64,000 nt of DNA from a virus, in the IMG/VR virus record IMGVR_UViG_3300025705_000581. The stretch is one strand, 5' to 3'. This document shows, in pieces, positions 1 to 8,667 of this stretch; positions within the stretch are counted from its first letter, which is position 1; each line of letters begins with the position of its first letter. Both the position numbers and the translations under genes were made by a program. Below the pieces are notes generated by a model. It ran no database searches, had not been told where the DNA came from, and worked only from the letters and a program-made list of their open reading frames with translations.

Positions 1-222
1 GCCGCAACATACGGTTCTGCGTCAGAGAACATTGCTTTTGAAGCAGATGCTACTGTAATGGGCCTGACTGCATATCTTGCAGGTGACCAGGATGATCTTG
101 CACAAAATATCGGTGGTTCATATACATATGACCTAAGTGGTATTGATCTAAAAGGTGCTGTCGACTATGACATTGATGCAGAAACATATGCACCATCTGT
201 AACAGCGACATTCGCATTTTAA
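1..222 (+). CDS. C-terminal fragment of a porin-like outer-membrane beta-barrel protein (5' end outside window)
   Basis: Frame 1 is open from base 1 to TAA at 220-222 (...GGSYTYDLSGIDLKGAVDYDIDAETYAPSVTATFAF*); alternating beta-strand pattern and terminal Phe (BAM signal). Not in the ORF track. Confidence 0.6.
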   Translation, partial: AATYGSASENIAFEADATVMGLTAYLAGDQDDLAQNIGGSYTYDLSGIDLKGAVDYDIDAETYAPSVTATFAF

Positions 223-248
223 AAAGTAATATTGTATAAATTTTAGAC

Positions 249-278
249 GGGGTGGCATTAATTTGTCACCCCTTTTTT
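249..278 (+). terminator. Rho-independent terminator
   Basis: GGGGTGGCA-ttaatt-TGTCACCCC stem followed by T6. Confidence 0.8.
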
Positions 279-281
279 CAT

Positions 282-289
282 TATAAATA
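282..289 (+). promoter_or_regulatory. T4-type late promoter
   Basis: TATAAATA 30 nt upstream of the heme oxygenase start. Confidence 0.65.
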
Positions 290-318
290 ACTGTATCATA
301 CCACGGAGGAAATTTATA

Positions 319-858
319 ATGAGCAACGAGTTGAAGAAATTAACGTGGGATCATCATCAAGCAGCAGAACGGCGGGCATTTGCTCGTAAGCTTTTAAGAG
401 GCGAGTTATCGGACCACGAATATTACATATTCCTGGTTTGCCAATGGCACAACTATACGCCACTTGAAAATGCTGTTATCATTCCACCTAATCTCAATGC
501 TATATACCGAGCGGACCGTATCAAAGCTGATATGCAGGAACTCGAAAAACTACACGGATTTGGTCACCCATCGGCATTACCAGCATCCGTAATAGAATAC
601 CAAAACCATATTGGACAACTTGCCGAATCTGAAAACAATCATGGTCTACTTGCCCATATGTATACTCGGCATTTTGGAGAATTACACGGCGGTCAAATTA
701 TTAAAAAGAAAGCACCAGGATCTGGAACAATGTATGACTTTGACGGTGATAAAGAATTGCTTATCTCAGAGTTTAGAAAACTTCTTGACGATAGCATGGC
801 ACCCGAGGCAAAAAAGTGTTTTGAATTTGCCTCAAAATTATTTGATGAATTGTCATAA
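319..858 (+). CDS. hemO: Heme oxygenase
   Basis: LKKLTWDHHQAAE proximal-His helix; LAHMYTRHFGELHGGQ matches the HO signature (AHxYxRYLGDLSGGQ); SD GGAGG. Confidence 0.9.
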   Translation: MSNELKKLTWDHHQAAERRAFARKLLRGELSDHEYYIFLVCQWHNYTPLENAVIIPPNLNAIYRADRIKADMQELEKLHGFGHPSALPASVIEYQNHIGQLAESENNHGLLAHMYTRHFGELHGGQIIKKKAPGSGTMYDFDGDKELLISEFRKLLDDSMAPEAKKCFEFASKLFDELS

Positions 859-863
859 TATAA

Positions 864-892
864 TTGACAATCCAAGTTTTATGATATAAAAT
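864..892 (+). promoter_or_regulatory. sigma70-type promoter
   Basis: TTGACA-N17-TAAAAT. Confidence 0.7.
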
Positions 893-929
893 AATACTAT
901 AATACAACATATTCTAAGGAGGAAATCAA

Positions 930-1097
930 ATGCAAGATGAAGCATTAGAAGACATTAACCTTAAACCTAAGAAACGTGCAGATCGACTCGCAAGAAGTAT
1001 CAGCGCAAGGCGAAGGCGGAAGACGTTGAAACAAGTAAGAGAAACACGTTTACTAAATGTATATGCCAAACTGAAAAGGGCACGTAGAAATAAATGA
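930..1097 (+). CDS. 55-aa Arg/Lys-rich microprotein
   Basis: MQDEALEDINLKPKKRADRLARSISARRRRKTLKQVRETRLLNVYAKLKRARRNK*; strong SD AAGGAGG; stop overlaps next start (ATGA); below the ORF-track cutoff. Confidence 0.75.
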   Translation: MQDEALEDINLKPKKRADRLARSISARRRRKTLKQVRETRLLNVYAKLKRARRNK

Positions 1098-1777
1098 CAC
1101 CACTATGGGACCGGCTTAACAGCTATGCTGAATATATATCAAACTCATTTGATAATAAGTTCGAGCGTTATGACAACCAAAAATATACTGATGATATGCA
1201 CTTTCCTGGATGGACTGATACCTTTTGGAATTCAGATCAAATCTACAAAGCGCATTTGAAAACCATTGTACCAGAAAACGGTAAAGGTTTATGGTTGATG
1301 CACGTTAACGTATTTCCAAAAGCAAATATTGAATTACCTATTCTTGGGTTTGATATTGTTGCTGGTCCCAAAAAGATTACAGGTTCGTTTATGGACTTTT
1401 CACCATTACATGGTTTTCCACATCCTTACCATAATTACATGGAACGTCGGGTTGAGAAACTTGAATGGAATAAACCACGTGAATTACCACCGTGGGCAAA
1501 AGAAATCTTTTCAAGTGATATGCTTGCGGTTGGTAATATTAATACTGATGATGAGCTTAATCAATTTATTCAAGTAACAACCGATTTGGTAGATTATTAT
1601 CTAGATAATTTAGATGATAATGCCTTTGTATCACACCGCGATACACTGATCTTATTAAATAAGTATTGTCAAAATCAAAAATTAAATCCACATTTGCACA
1701 GATCCATTTTAGCAATGGGCATATCCGAAGAAGATAAAGATGATTATGTCAACAATGTTTTATTTGAGGAAATTTAA
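1094..1777 (+). CDS. pcyX: Ferredoxin-dependent bilin reductase, PcyA/PcyX family
   Basis: KAH...WLMHVNVFP...LPILGFDIVAG...MDFSP resembles the PcyA core (His88/Asp105 equivalents), with ELPPWAKEIFS and KYCQNQKLNPHL near the C-terminus; close to heme oxygenase. Family is confident, subfamily is inferred. Confidence 0.85.
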   Translation: MTPLWDRLNSYAEYISNSFDNKFERYDNQKYTDDMHFPGWTDTFWNSDQIYKAHLKTIVPENGKGLWLMHVNVFPKANIELPILGFDIVAGPKKITGSFMDFSPLHGFPHPYHNYMERRVEKLEWNKPRELPPWAKEIFSSDMLAVGNINTDDELNQFIQVTTDLVDYYLDNLDDNAFVSHRDTLILLNKYCQNQKLNPHLHRSILAMGISEEDKDDYVNNVLFEEI

Positions 1778-2434
1778 ATGGCATTTTTAGTACATCCTTT
1801 ACCGCCAGTTGCGGTATATGTTAAGATGGAATATCTTTATGATTTAGAACCAGGTCATCCAAGATGGGGTAATTTGACACCAGGAATTTGGATCAGTGTT
1901 AAATCAACACAATCAAAAGCATTATATTTTGAAACACTACTTACTGATTATGGAGCACTATATGACAAACTACCTATTTCCGCGTTTGTTTGGAAGGAAG
2001 ACATTAATGTTGACGAACAACTCCCGCTTGACGTTCTTCAGCTATGGGATTGTTTTGATTATGATATTACTGTTATTGAAAAGCCAATCTTGTGTAGGTG
2101 TGAGTTCTTTGGAAAAGATAAAAAGATGCACAGTGGCGAGTACGAATTCACTATTGACAATGCCCACCGCGACAAGTCTATCCTTGACACCAATTTCAGT
2201 GAGCAAGATCCCGAGCACAAATCGTTCAACGTCATCCGACTTGACAATGGACAATTTGCCGCACAACCAAACAACAGGGTCATATGGCGAGACAGCTCAT
2301 TAACACCTGCTGATTTGAAACGACCTGATTTTAAAGTGTGTACTCAAAACTACGCAGTTGAAGATCAACCTAAATGGTCGGTTGGTCACACTGATGAATG
2401 GCAATATAAAACAAAAGAGGAAGAAAACGGTTGA
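1778..2434 (+). CDS. Hypothetical protein
   Basis: 218-aa ORF abutting the pcyX stop; no motif recognised. Confidence 0.8.
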   Translation: MAFLVHPLPPVAVYVKMEYLYDLEPGHPRWGNLTPGIWISVKSTQSKALYFETLLTDYGALYDKLPISAFVWKEDINVDEQLPLDVLQLWDCFDYDITVIEKPILCRCEFFGKDKKMHSGEYEFTIDNAHRDKSILDTNFSEQDPEHKSFNVIRLDNGQFAAQPNNRVIWRDSSLTPADLKRPDFKVCTQNYAVEDQPKWSVGHTDEWQYKTKEEENG

Positions 2435-2459
2435 CAATCAACGGATGCTGTGATAATGT
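2431..2459 (+). promoter_or_regulatory. sigma70-type promoter
   Basis: TTGACA-N17-TAATGT. Confidence 0.5.
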
Positions 2460-2590
2460 TGATATTGTAAGGAATCAAATAACAACTGAGTTTGATACAC
2501 ATAAGTATTTAATTACTTTACATTACTGTAAATCTTGCGGGTCTAAAAAGGCCAGCTCAAACATAACTCATATTAAAAAGGAGAAAACAG

Positions 2591-2794
2591 ATGTATGTTA
2601 AACACGTACTAGGCGAACGCAATAAACTGATGTATCGTGCTGAAATTCATAAAGATAATGAAGGAACATATTCTATTCGTTATTTCTCAGAAGCACAAGA
2701 AATTAAACGTGAAACTTTTGAAGGGAAATCTATCCACTATGTCGAAGATGCGGCTGATAATTGGATCAGCGGGATTAAGACATTAAATGGATAG
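2591..2794 (+). CDS. Hypothetical protein
   Basis: 67 aa, SD AAGGAG. Confidence 0.75.
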   Translation: MYVKHVLGERNKLMYRAEIHKDNEGTYSIRYFSEAQEIKRETFEGKSIHYVEDAADNWISGIKTLNG

Positions 2795-2978
2795 TAACAT
2801 ACCTGAAATCCGTGGTAATACTTATGGTGTTGAAATTCAAATAAAAGATAAACCTTTTGTGAAGATTAATGGCAACTTAGTTTATGAGGACAAGAAAGAT
2901 GTAATGCTTTTTTGGACAGCCTATAGAATGGGAAGGGACCATAAGAAAAATGAAATTAGACACGCGTTGGGACTTTAG
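2787..2978 (+). CDS. Hypothetical protein
   Basis: 63 aa, overlaps the previous stop. Confidence 0.7.
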   Translation: MDSNIPEIRGNTYGVEIQIKDKPFVKINGNLVYEDKKDVMLFWTAYRMGRDHKKNEIRHALGL

Positions 2979-2982
2979 ACAA

Positions 2983-3222
2983 ATGATTACGCCGCCAAGG
3001 TCACCTGAAAAAATCCACCATGAAATTGCGGATATGCTGGCCAATGGTGTAAATTATATTGATGCGTTAGTTGAATATGCGCGCAAGAATGGTCTAGAAA
3101 TTGAGTCAGTTGCTGATATTGTAAAGAAATCATCAATACTTAAAGAGAAACTTAGATCAGAAGCTGTGCAATTGAGATTGGTTGAAAAAGATGATAAAGA
3201 CATCACAGAGCTTTGCAAATGA
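2983..3222 (+). CDS. 33: Late-transcription coactivator gp33
   Basis: YIDALVEYARKNGLEIESVADIVKKSSILKEKLRSEA; T4 gene order 33-59-32; start set at the internal ATG 2983. Confidence 0.8.
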   Translation: MITPPRSPEKIHHEIADMLANGVNYIDALVEYARKNGLEIESVADIVKKSSILKEKLRSEAVQLRLVEKDDKDITELCK

Positions 3223-3793
3223 GGAAACTTTTCAGCTCTATATAAAATATCTTGCAATGAAAAAACACTTTACCACGGATGGTTATGACTATCAAAAATA
3301 CCGTGGTAAAGTAAGAGCCAAATTTGAAACATATCGTACACGCAACGATGTTTTCTTCTTTCACAAATTATCAACTAAGACTGAGCCAATAAATCAATTG
3401 TTGGCCAATATGGTTGTTAATCCTAATTCATGGATACGTGATATTGTTGAAGACATTGGTGATGAGCGATATGTTGATTGGCGCAAAAAGATGGATGCGT
3501 TAAGTTATACTTTTAAATCTGATTTGAGTAAACTTGATGATAACTACCAAGCAAATTTTGTAACACCAGACGGACAGCATCCGCATATCTTACGTCTGTA
3601 TTTACAAAAGCAAATATCACTTGAGACGTTTACAATAATTACCAATTTATCAAACATTTTTCCTTATTGGGATGATAATTTGGTTGACAAAATCGTTGCT
3701 CGTGATATAATTAGATTATCCAAGAAATACAGACCGTTCTTGGAAATAAATGAAAAAAAGTTCAAGGATATCATCCGTGATCGGTTTTTCTAA
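3182..3793 (+). CDS. 59: Helicase loader gp59
   Basis: YLAMKKHFTTDGYDYQKYRGK...RNDVFFFHKLS; synteny before gp32. Confidence 0.9.
   Translation: MKKMIKTSQSFANEETFQLYIKYLAMKKHFTTDGYDYQKYRGKVRAKFETYRTRNDVFFFHKLSTKTEPINQLLANMVVNPNSWIRDIVEDIGDERYVDWRKKMDALSYTFKSDLSKLDDNYQANFVTPDGQHPHILRLYLQKQISLETFTIITNLSNIFPYWDDNLVDKIVARDIIRLSKKYRPFLEINEKKFKDIIRDRFF
3684..3711 (+). promoter_or_regulatory. sigma70-type promoter inside gene 59, pointing at gene 32
   Basis: TTGACA-N16-TATAAT with extended -10 TG. Confidence 0.6.
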
Positions 3794-3801
3794 TATAAAT
3801 A
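3794..3801 (+). promoter_or_regulatory. T4-type late promoter
   Basis: TATAAATA upstream of gp32. Confidence 0.6.
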
Positions 3802-3873
3802 GTTGGTTAACTGATGTTAACTACATTTCGCAACACAAAACGCTATATAAAGCAATATTAAGGAGATACGTAT

Positions 3874-4815
3874 ATGACTATGTCATTTGATGCACTCAAA
3901 AAGAATCGTTCAAGTTCTTTAAACAAATTGAACCAACAGCTCGACAAGATTTCTCAAAAGAGCTATTCCGATCCCAATGAAGGTAAAATGTGGAAACCAA
4001 CTCGCGATAAAGCGGGTAACGGTTTTGCTATTATTCGTTTCTTGCCTGCCCCTCAAGGTGAAGAAATGCCTTTTGTACGCATTTGGGATCACGGGTTTCA
4101 AGGCCCGACAGGTCTGTGGTACATTGAAAACTCATTAACAACAATCGGTGCGGATGACCCGGTTTCAGAATTTAATTCAAAATTGTGGAACTCAGGTATT
4201 GAGTCCGATAAAGAACAGGCACGCAAACAGAAGCGTCGTCTGAAGTATGTTGCCAATGTCCTTATTGTAAAAGACAGCGCAAACCCTGATAATGACGGCA
4301 AGGTCTTTATGTACCAATTTGGTAAAAAGATCTTCGACAAACTGAATGATATGATGAACCCTCAGTTCGAGGATGAAACACCAGTAAACCCATTTGATTT
4401 TTGGGAAGGTGCAAATTTCCGTTTGAAAATCCGTAAGTTTGAGGGATATCCAAACTATGACAAATCAGAATTTGATTCACCGTCACCTATTGATGGCGAT
4501 GACTCAGTGATTGAAGGTATTTGGAACCAACAGCACAAGTTGCAAGAATTGGTTGATCCAAAGAACTTCAAAGATTATAATGAATTGAAAGCAAAGCTTT
4601 ACCGTGTACTTGCTTTGAATGAAGAACCATCCGATCCAACAACTGCTGTTGGTGACGCCGATGATGATCTTGATTTGAGTAGCCTGGGTAATGCAGCAAT
4701 GTCGGCACCTCAACCGACAATGCCTGCTGCAATGCCTGAAACATCATCCACAACCATGTCAATGGACGACGATGATGAAGATCTTTCAATCTTTAAGGAA
4801 CTAGCAAATGGTTAG
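3874..4815 (+). CDS. 32: Single-stranded DNA-binding protein gp32
   Basis: DKAGNGFAIIRFLP, WYIENSLTT, FGKKIFDKL, NYDKSEF, acidic C-terminal tail. Confidence 0.95.
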   Translation: MTMSFDALKKNRSSSLNKLNQQLDKISQKSYSDPNEGKMWKPTRDKAGNGFAIIRFLPAPQGEEMPFVRIWDHGFQGPTGLWYIENSLTTIGADDPVSEFNSKLWNSGIESDKEQARKQKRRLKYVANVLIVKDSANPDNDGKVFMYQFGKKIFDKLNDMMNPQFEDETPVNPFDFWEGANFRLKIRKFEGYPNYDKSEFDSPSPIDGDDSVIEGIWNQQHKLQELVDPKNFKDYNELKAKLYRVLALNEEPSDPTTAVGDADDDLDLSSLGNAAMSAPQPTMPAAMPETSSTTMSMDDDDEDLSIFKELANG

Positions 4816-5134
4816 TAAAACCTACGAAGAGGTTTTAGATTTTGACTTCGGCTTCAGCTTCATTGATGAAGAGCTTCAGGAAAAAGAAGCTGCTGCCGAG
4901 GAAAAAATTCAAGAAGTTAGTAGTGAAAAGCAATCACTCGAGGATCAACTCAATGATGCTAAAGTAGCTGCTGACGACTTTGAATATCGTCTAGAACTTT
5001 TATACAAATCTGTAACACCTTTTCTGGATAATCTATGTAAGAACCCAGATAAGTCAACAATCTTTTGGCCCGATAGAGTCGGGAAAATTGAAGCCTATAA
5101 AGGTAAACTATTGACGATTGTAGAGGGAAAATAA
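4808..5134 (+). CDS. Hypothetical coiled-coil protein
   Basis: 108 aa, coupled to gp32. Confidence 0.75.
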   Translation: MVSKTYEEVLDFDFGFSFIDEELQEKEAAAEEKIQEVSSEKQSLEDQLNDAKVAADDFEYRLELLYKSVTPFLDNLCKNPDKSTIFWPDRVGKIEAYKGKLLTIVEGK

Positions 5135-5135
5135 T

Positions 5136-6224
5136 ATGAGTCTTTTAGACAAACTTGTAAAGAATTCTACCATTAAATTGACGGCACAGTTATCTGAGTC
5201 AAAAGTTTTTGGCAAGAAAGAAATGGCACCAACACCTGTACCTATGGTAAATGTTGCGCTGTCAGGCCGTGTTGATGGTGGCCTATCACCAGGTCTCCTT
5301 GTTTTGGCAGGCCCATCAAAACACTTTAAATCCGCATTTGCTCTGTTAACTGCAGCAGCATATTTGAATAAACACGAAGATGCTATCTTGTTGTTTTATG
5401 ATTCAGAATTTGGTACACCTCAATCATATTTTGAATCATTTGGTATTGACATGGATCGAGTCGTCCATACACCAATTACCAATGTTGAAGAACTCAAATT
5501 TGATGTTACGAAACAATTGGACGGTATTGAGAAAAAGGATAATGTTTGTATTATCATTGACTCAGTTGGTAACCTTGCATCTAAGAAAGAAGTCGAAGAT
5601 GCGATGAATGAAAAATCAGTTGCTGATATGTCTCGAGCAAAGGCACTGAAATCATTGTTCCGAATTGTTACACCACATCTTAATTTGAAAGATATCCCAC
5701 TGATTGCGGTAAACCATACGTATCAGGAAATTGGTTTGTTTCCTAAAGCTATTGTTTCAGGTGGGACTGGTATTTACTACTCTGCTGATGCAATTTGGAT
5801 TATTGGTCGCCAACAGGATAAGGTTGGCACTGAAATTCAAGGTTATCACTTTGTTATTAATATTGAAAAATCACGCCATGTTAAAGAAAAATCTAAAATT
5901 CCAATCAGCGTAAGTTGGGAAGGCGGTATCGTTAAATGGTCTGGTTTGATGGATGTAGCTGAAAAAGGTGGTTACCTCCGTAAACCAAAAGTTGGTTGGT
6001 ATGAAGCAGTTAACCCAGAAACCGGTGAGGTTATTTCTGAAAAGCTGATGCGTGCCAAAGAGGTTAACGATAACAAAGAGTTTTGGTTAATGATGTTTGA
6101 GAAAACTAATCTCACAACATATATTAAAGATGCCTTTACAATTGGAGCCTCAGGTAGTATTATGCGTGAAGAAACGGATGAACCTGAAGTAATTGAAGAT
6201 CTTGTTGTGGATACCGAAGAATAA
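5136..6224 (+). CDS. uvsX: RecA-like recombinase UvsX
   Basis: LAGPSKHFKS Walker A variant, FYDSEFG, IDSVGNLAS, SGGTGIYYSAD. Confidence 0.95.
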   Translation: MSLLDKLVKNSTIKLTAQLSESKVFGKKEMAPTPVPMVNVALSGRVDGGLSPGLLVLAGPSKHFKSAFALLTAAAYLNKHEDAILLFYDSEFGTPQSYFESFGIDMDRVVHTPITNVEELKFDVTKQLDGIEKKDNVCIIIDSVGNLASKKEVEDAMNEKSVADMSRAKALKSLFRIVTPHLNLKDIPLIAVNHTYQEIGLFPKAIVSGGTGIYYSADAIWIIGRQQDKVGTEIQGYHFVINIEKSRHVKEKSKIPISVSWEGGIVKWSGLMDVAEKGGYLRKPKVGWYEAVNPETGEVISEKLMRAKEVNDNKEFWLMMFEKTNLTTYIKDAFTIGASGSIMREETDEPEVIEDLVVDTEE

Positions 6225-6227
6225 CAG

Positions 6228-6256
6228 TTGACAAGTTCTTACATCTGTAATACAAT
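6228..6256 (+). promoter_or_regulatory. sigma70-type promoter for gp41
   Basis: TTGACA-N17-TACAAT. Confidence 0.7.
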
Positions 6257-6315
6257 TAATATTGTGGCGGGTAACTTATTGCTCGCCACAAATCATCTCA
6301 ACTTATGGATATCCA

Positions 6316-7734
6316 ATGATTGAAAAAACAGTATTAACAAACCTTATATTTAACCGTGAGTATTTTCAAAAGGTATTTCCGTATATTAAATCGGATTACT
6401 TTGAGGATGCTAATATCAAAAAGATCTTTGATACATATTCGTCATATGTTGAAGATTACAAAGAACCACCTTCCGTCGAAGCACTCAAGCTGTCCGTTGA
6501 TAAACGTAAAGATTTGAATGAAGATACCTATAAAGGTGTTATGACTGAAATTGATACAATGGCAATTGATGAGAATACTAACTTTGATTGGTTGGTAGGT
6601 GAAACAGAAAAATTCTGTCAAGACCGTGATTTATATAATGCAATCCGTAAAGCAATTTTGGTTGTTGATGGTACTGATAAAGAATTTGATAAAGGTGCCT
6701 TACCTCAACTTTTGAGTGACTCGCTTGCTGTTAATTTTGATACATCAATCGGCCATGATTACCTTGAAGATTATGACTCTCGATATGACTTCTATCACAA
6801 GAAAGAAGAACGCATTCCGTTTGATATTGATCTTCTCAACAAGATTACTAAAGGTGGTTTGCCACGCAAATCTATGACTGTATTGTTGGCAACAACAGGT
6901 GGCGGTAAATCATTAGTTAAATGTCACCATGCTGCATCGGCACTGATGCACGGTAACAATGTCTTATACATTACAATGGAAATGGCAGAAGAACGTATCT
7001 CTGAACGTATTGATGCCAATATGATGGATGTAACAATTGATGAAGTTTCTGAAACCCCACGTGATGTATTTGCCAAACGTATTAATCGCTTCAAAGGTAA
7101 AACAACAGGCAAACTTGTTGTTAAAGAATATCCAACAGGTTCGGCTCACGTCGGTCATTTCCGACATTTGCTAAACGAATTAAAAATGAAACGCAACTTC
7201 ACTCCTGATATTATCTTTATTGATTATCTAAACATCTGTGCGTCGGCACGTGTCAAAGGTGCAGCTGCAGCTAACTCGTATACGTTAGTTAAATCAATTG
7301 CCGAGGAGGTGCGTGGTCTTGCTATGGAATACAATTGTGCCGTTGTTACTAGTTCTCAGTTTAACCGTGATGGGTATGGCAATTCTGATGTGGATCTTAC
7401 GAATACTTCTGAATCCATGGGCATTACTCATACTGCTGATTGTATTATTGGCTTGATCTCATCTGAAGAGCTCGACAACCTTGGTCAATTAATGTTTAAA
7501 CAATTGAAAAATCGTTGGGGTGATTTGAATTATTTCCGCCGATTTGTTGTTGGTATTGACCGTGCTAAAATGAAACTATATGACCTTGAGGATTATGCTC
7601 AGTCAAGTGTTAGCCAGGACACCGCTAATACAACACCACAACAACCAAGATCTTTTGATGATGCGCCTGTATTTGATAAAGGTAATTTTGGTAAAAGTAA
7701 AAAGAAATTATTTGACTCAGGAGATTTAATGTAA
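6316..7734 (+). CDS. 41: Replicative DNA helicase gp41
   Basis: ATTGGGKS Walker A, YITMEMAEE, IFIDYLNI, SESMGITHTAD, KQLKNRWGD; start set at MIEK (6316). Confidence 0.95.
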   Translation: MIEKTVLTNLIFNREYFQKVFPYIKSDYFEDANIKKIFDTYSSYVEDYKEPPSVEALKLSVDKRKDLNEDTYKGVMTEIDTMAIDENTNFDWLVGETEKFCQDRDLYNAIRKAILVVDGTDKEFDKGALPQLLSDSLAVNFDTSIGHDYLEDYDSRYDFYHKKEERIPFDIDLLNKITKGGLPRKSMTVLLATTGGGKSLVKCHHAASALMHGNNVLYITMEMAEERISERIDANMMDVTIDEVSETPRDVFAKRINRFKGKTTGKLVVKEYPTGSAHVGHFRHLLNELKMKRNFTPDIIFIDYLNICASARVKGAAAANSYTLVKSIAEEVRGLAMEYNCAVVTSSQFNRDGYGNSDVDLTNTSESMGITHTADCIIGLISSEELDNLGQLMFKQLKNRWGDLNYFRRFVVGIDRAKMKLYDLEDYAQSSVSQDTANTTPQQPRSFDDAPVFDKGNFGKSKKKLFDSGDLM

Positions 7735-7925
7735 TGGCTTATGTTGTGACTCAAAAAGATAAACGCTGGCAGTTATACAATACGGAAAGTGACGAATGGA
7801 TTGAAATAAATGTTAGTAAACGTGAAGCTAATAAGATGGCTCGTCGCCTAAACCTTGGGTCAGGTTTCTATCAATCACCTGTACCTTCCTTTTTTCAGAA
7901 ATATAACAATTCAGCAGAATTATAA
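7734..7925 (+). CDS. Hypothetical protein
   Basis: 63 aa, TAATG coupling. Confidence 0.7.
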   Translation: MAYVVTQKDKRWQLYNTESDEWIEINVSKREANKMARRLNLGSGFYQSPVPSFFQKYNNSAEL

Positions 7926-7928
7926 ATA
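7921..7928 (+). promoter_or_regulatory. T4-type late promoter
   Basis: TATAAATA. Confidence 0.65.
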
Positions 7929-7956
7929 GTTTTAAATAAACACAGCGGAGCTTACT

Positions 7957-8667
7957 ATGTTACGGTTTAAGACATTTATAAATGAGAAAAAAGATCCTGA
8001 AGCAAAGGAAAAGATGCACCTTGCGCACTTTAATGACGAAGTAAATCGTGTTAAAAAAGAAACAGGCAAGGACCATGTGGTATTACATCATAATGGCAAA
8101 AAGCATCAAATTACCCATGCCGAAAAGGTTAATGGTACACCGAAAGCCGATTTTAAACTACACGATAAAAAAGGCAATCACGTTTACGTTTCTCATAAGG
8201 ATTATAAAGGTTCAGGTGATGCTGCTAAATCGTATAATCAATTAGGTGGTGTTTCAAAGTTTAAAGATCATCCCGCGGTTAAAAAATTCCAAAAAGCTGT
8301 TGAAAAAGATCATGGTGGTACTGCCGAAGGAAAAGGCACCATCTCTATGCATCTCGACAATAAAAACAAACAACACCATGACCTAGTTAAAAAGGCATTG
8401 TTTGGTAAAGATCACGGCGGTAAGCACGGCCATGATGCGTGCCATAGTTTGATTCAAGGGCATATGAATTTGAAAAAGCATAAAGATGGGCATCATATTG
8501 ACGCTCACCATATTATGCACCACGACGAGCCAATTAAACACGACTATCATATCTTTGCAAGAACAGCGAAAAGTGGTAGTTCAAAAAGAAACGATTTGGG
8601 ACTAAAGCATACTCGTGTTGGTATCGGTATGAAAGCTGGGCGTAAAATATCTCACGAAGTTAAGTAA
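7957..8667 (+). CDS. His/Lys-rich putative internal virion protein with PD-(D/E)xK-like nuclease motifs
   Basis: N-terminus MLRFKTFINE resembles the capsid-targeting sequence; GTPKADF...VYVSHK resembles a PD...(D/E/S)xK catalytic core. Confidence 0.55.
   Translation: MLRFKTFINEKKDPEAKEKMHLAHFNDEVNRVKKETGKDHVVLHHNGKKHQITHAEKVNGTPKADFKLHDKKGNHVYVSHKDYKGSGDAAKSYNQLGGVSKFKDHPAVKKFQKAVEKDHGGTAEGKGTISMHLDNKNKQHHDLVKKALFGKDHGGKHGHDACHSLIQGHMNLKKHKDGHHIDAHHIMHHDEPIKHDYHIFARTAKSGSSKRNDLGLKHTRVGIGMKAGRKISHEVK

Noticed and set aside
6262-6315. ORF-track N-terminal extensions (e.g. gp41 from 6262, nrdB from 26157, carbamoyltransferase from 39036)
   Set aside because: They run through promoters, hairpins or upstream genes; downstream ATGs with SDs or coupling fit homologue starts better.
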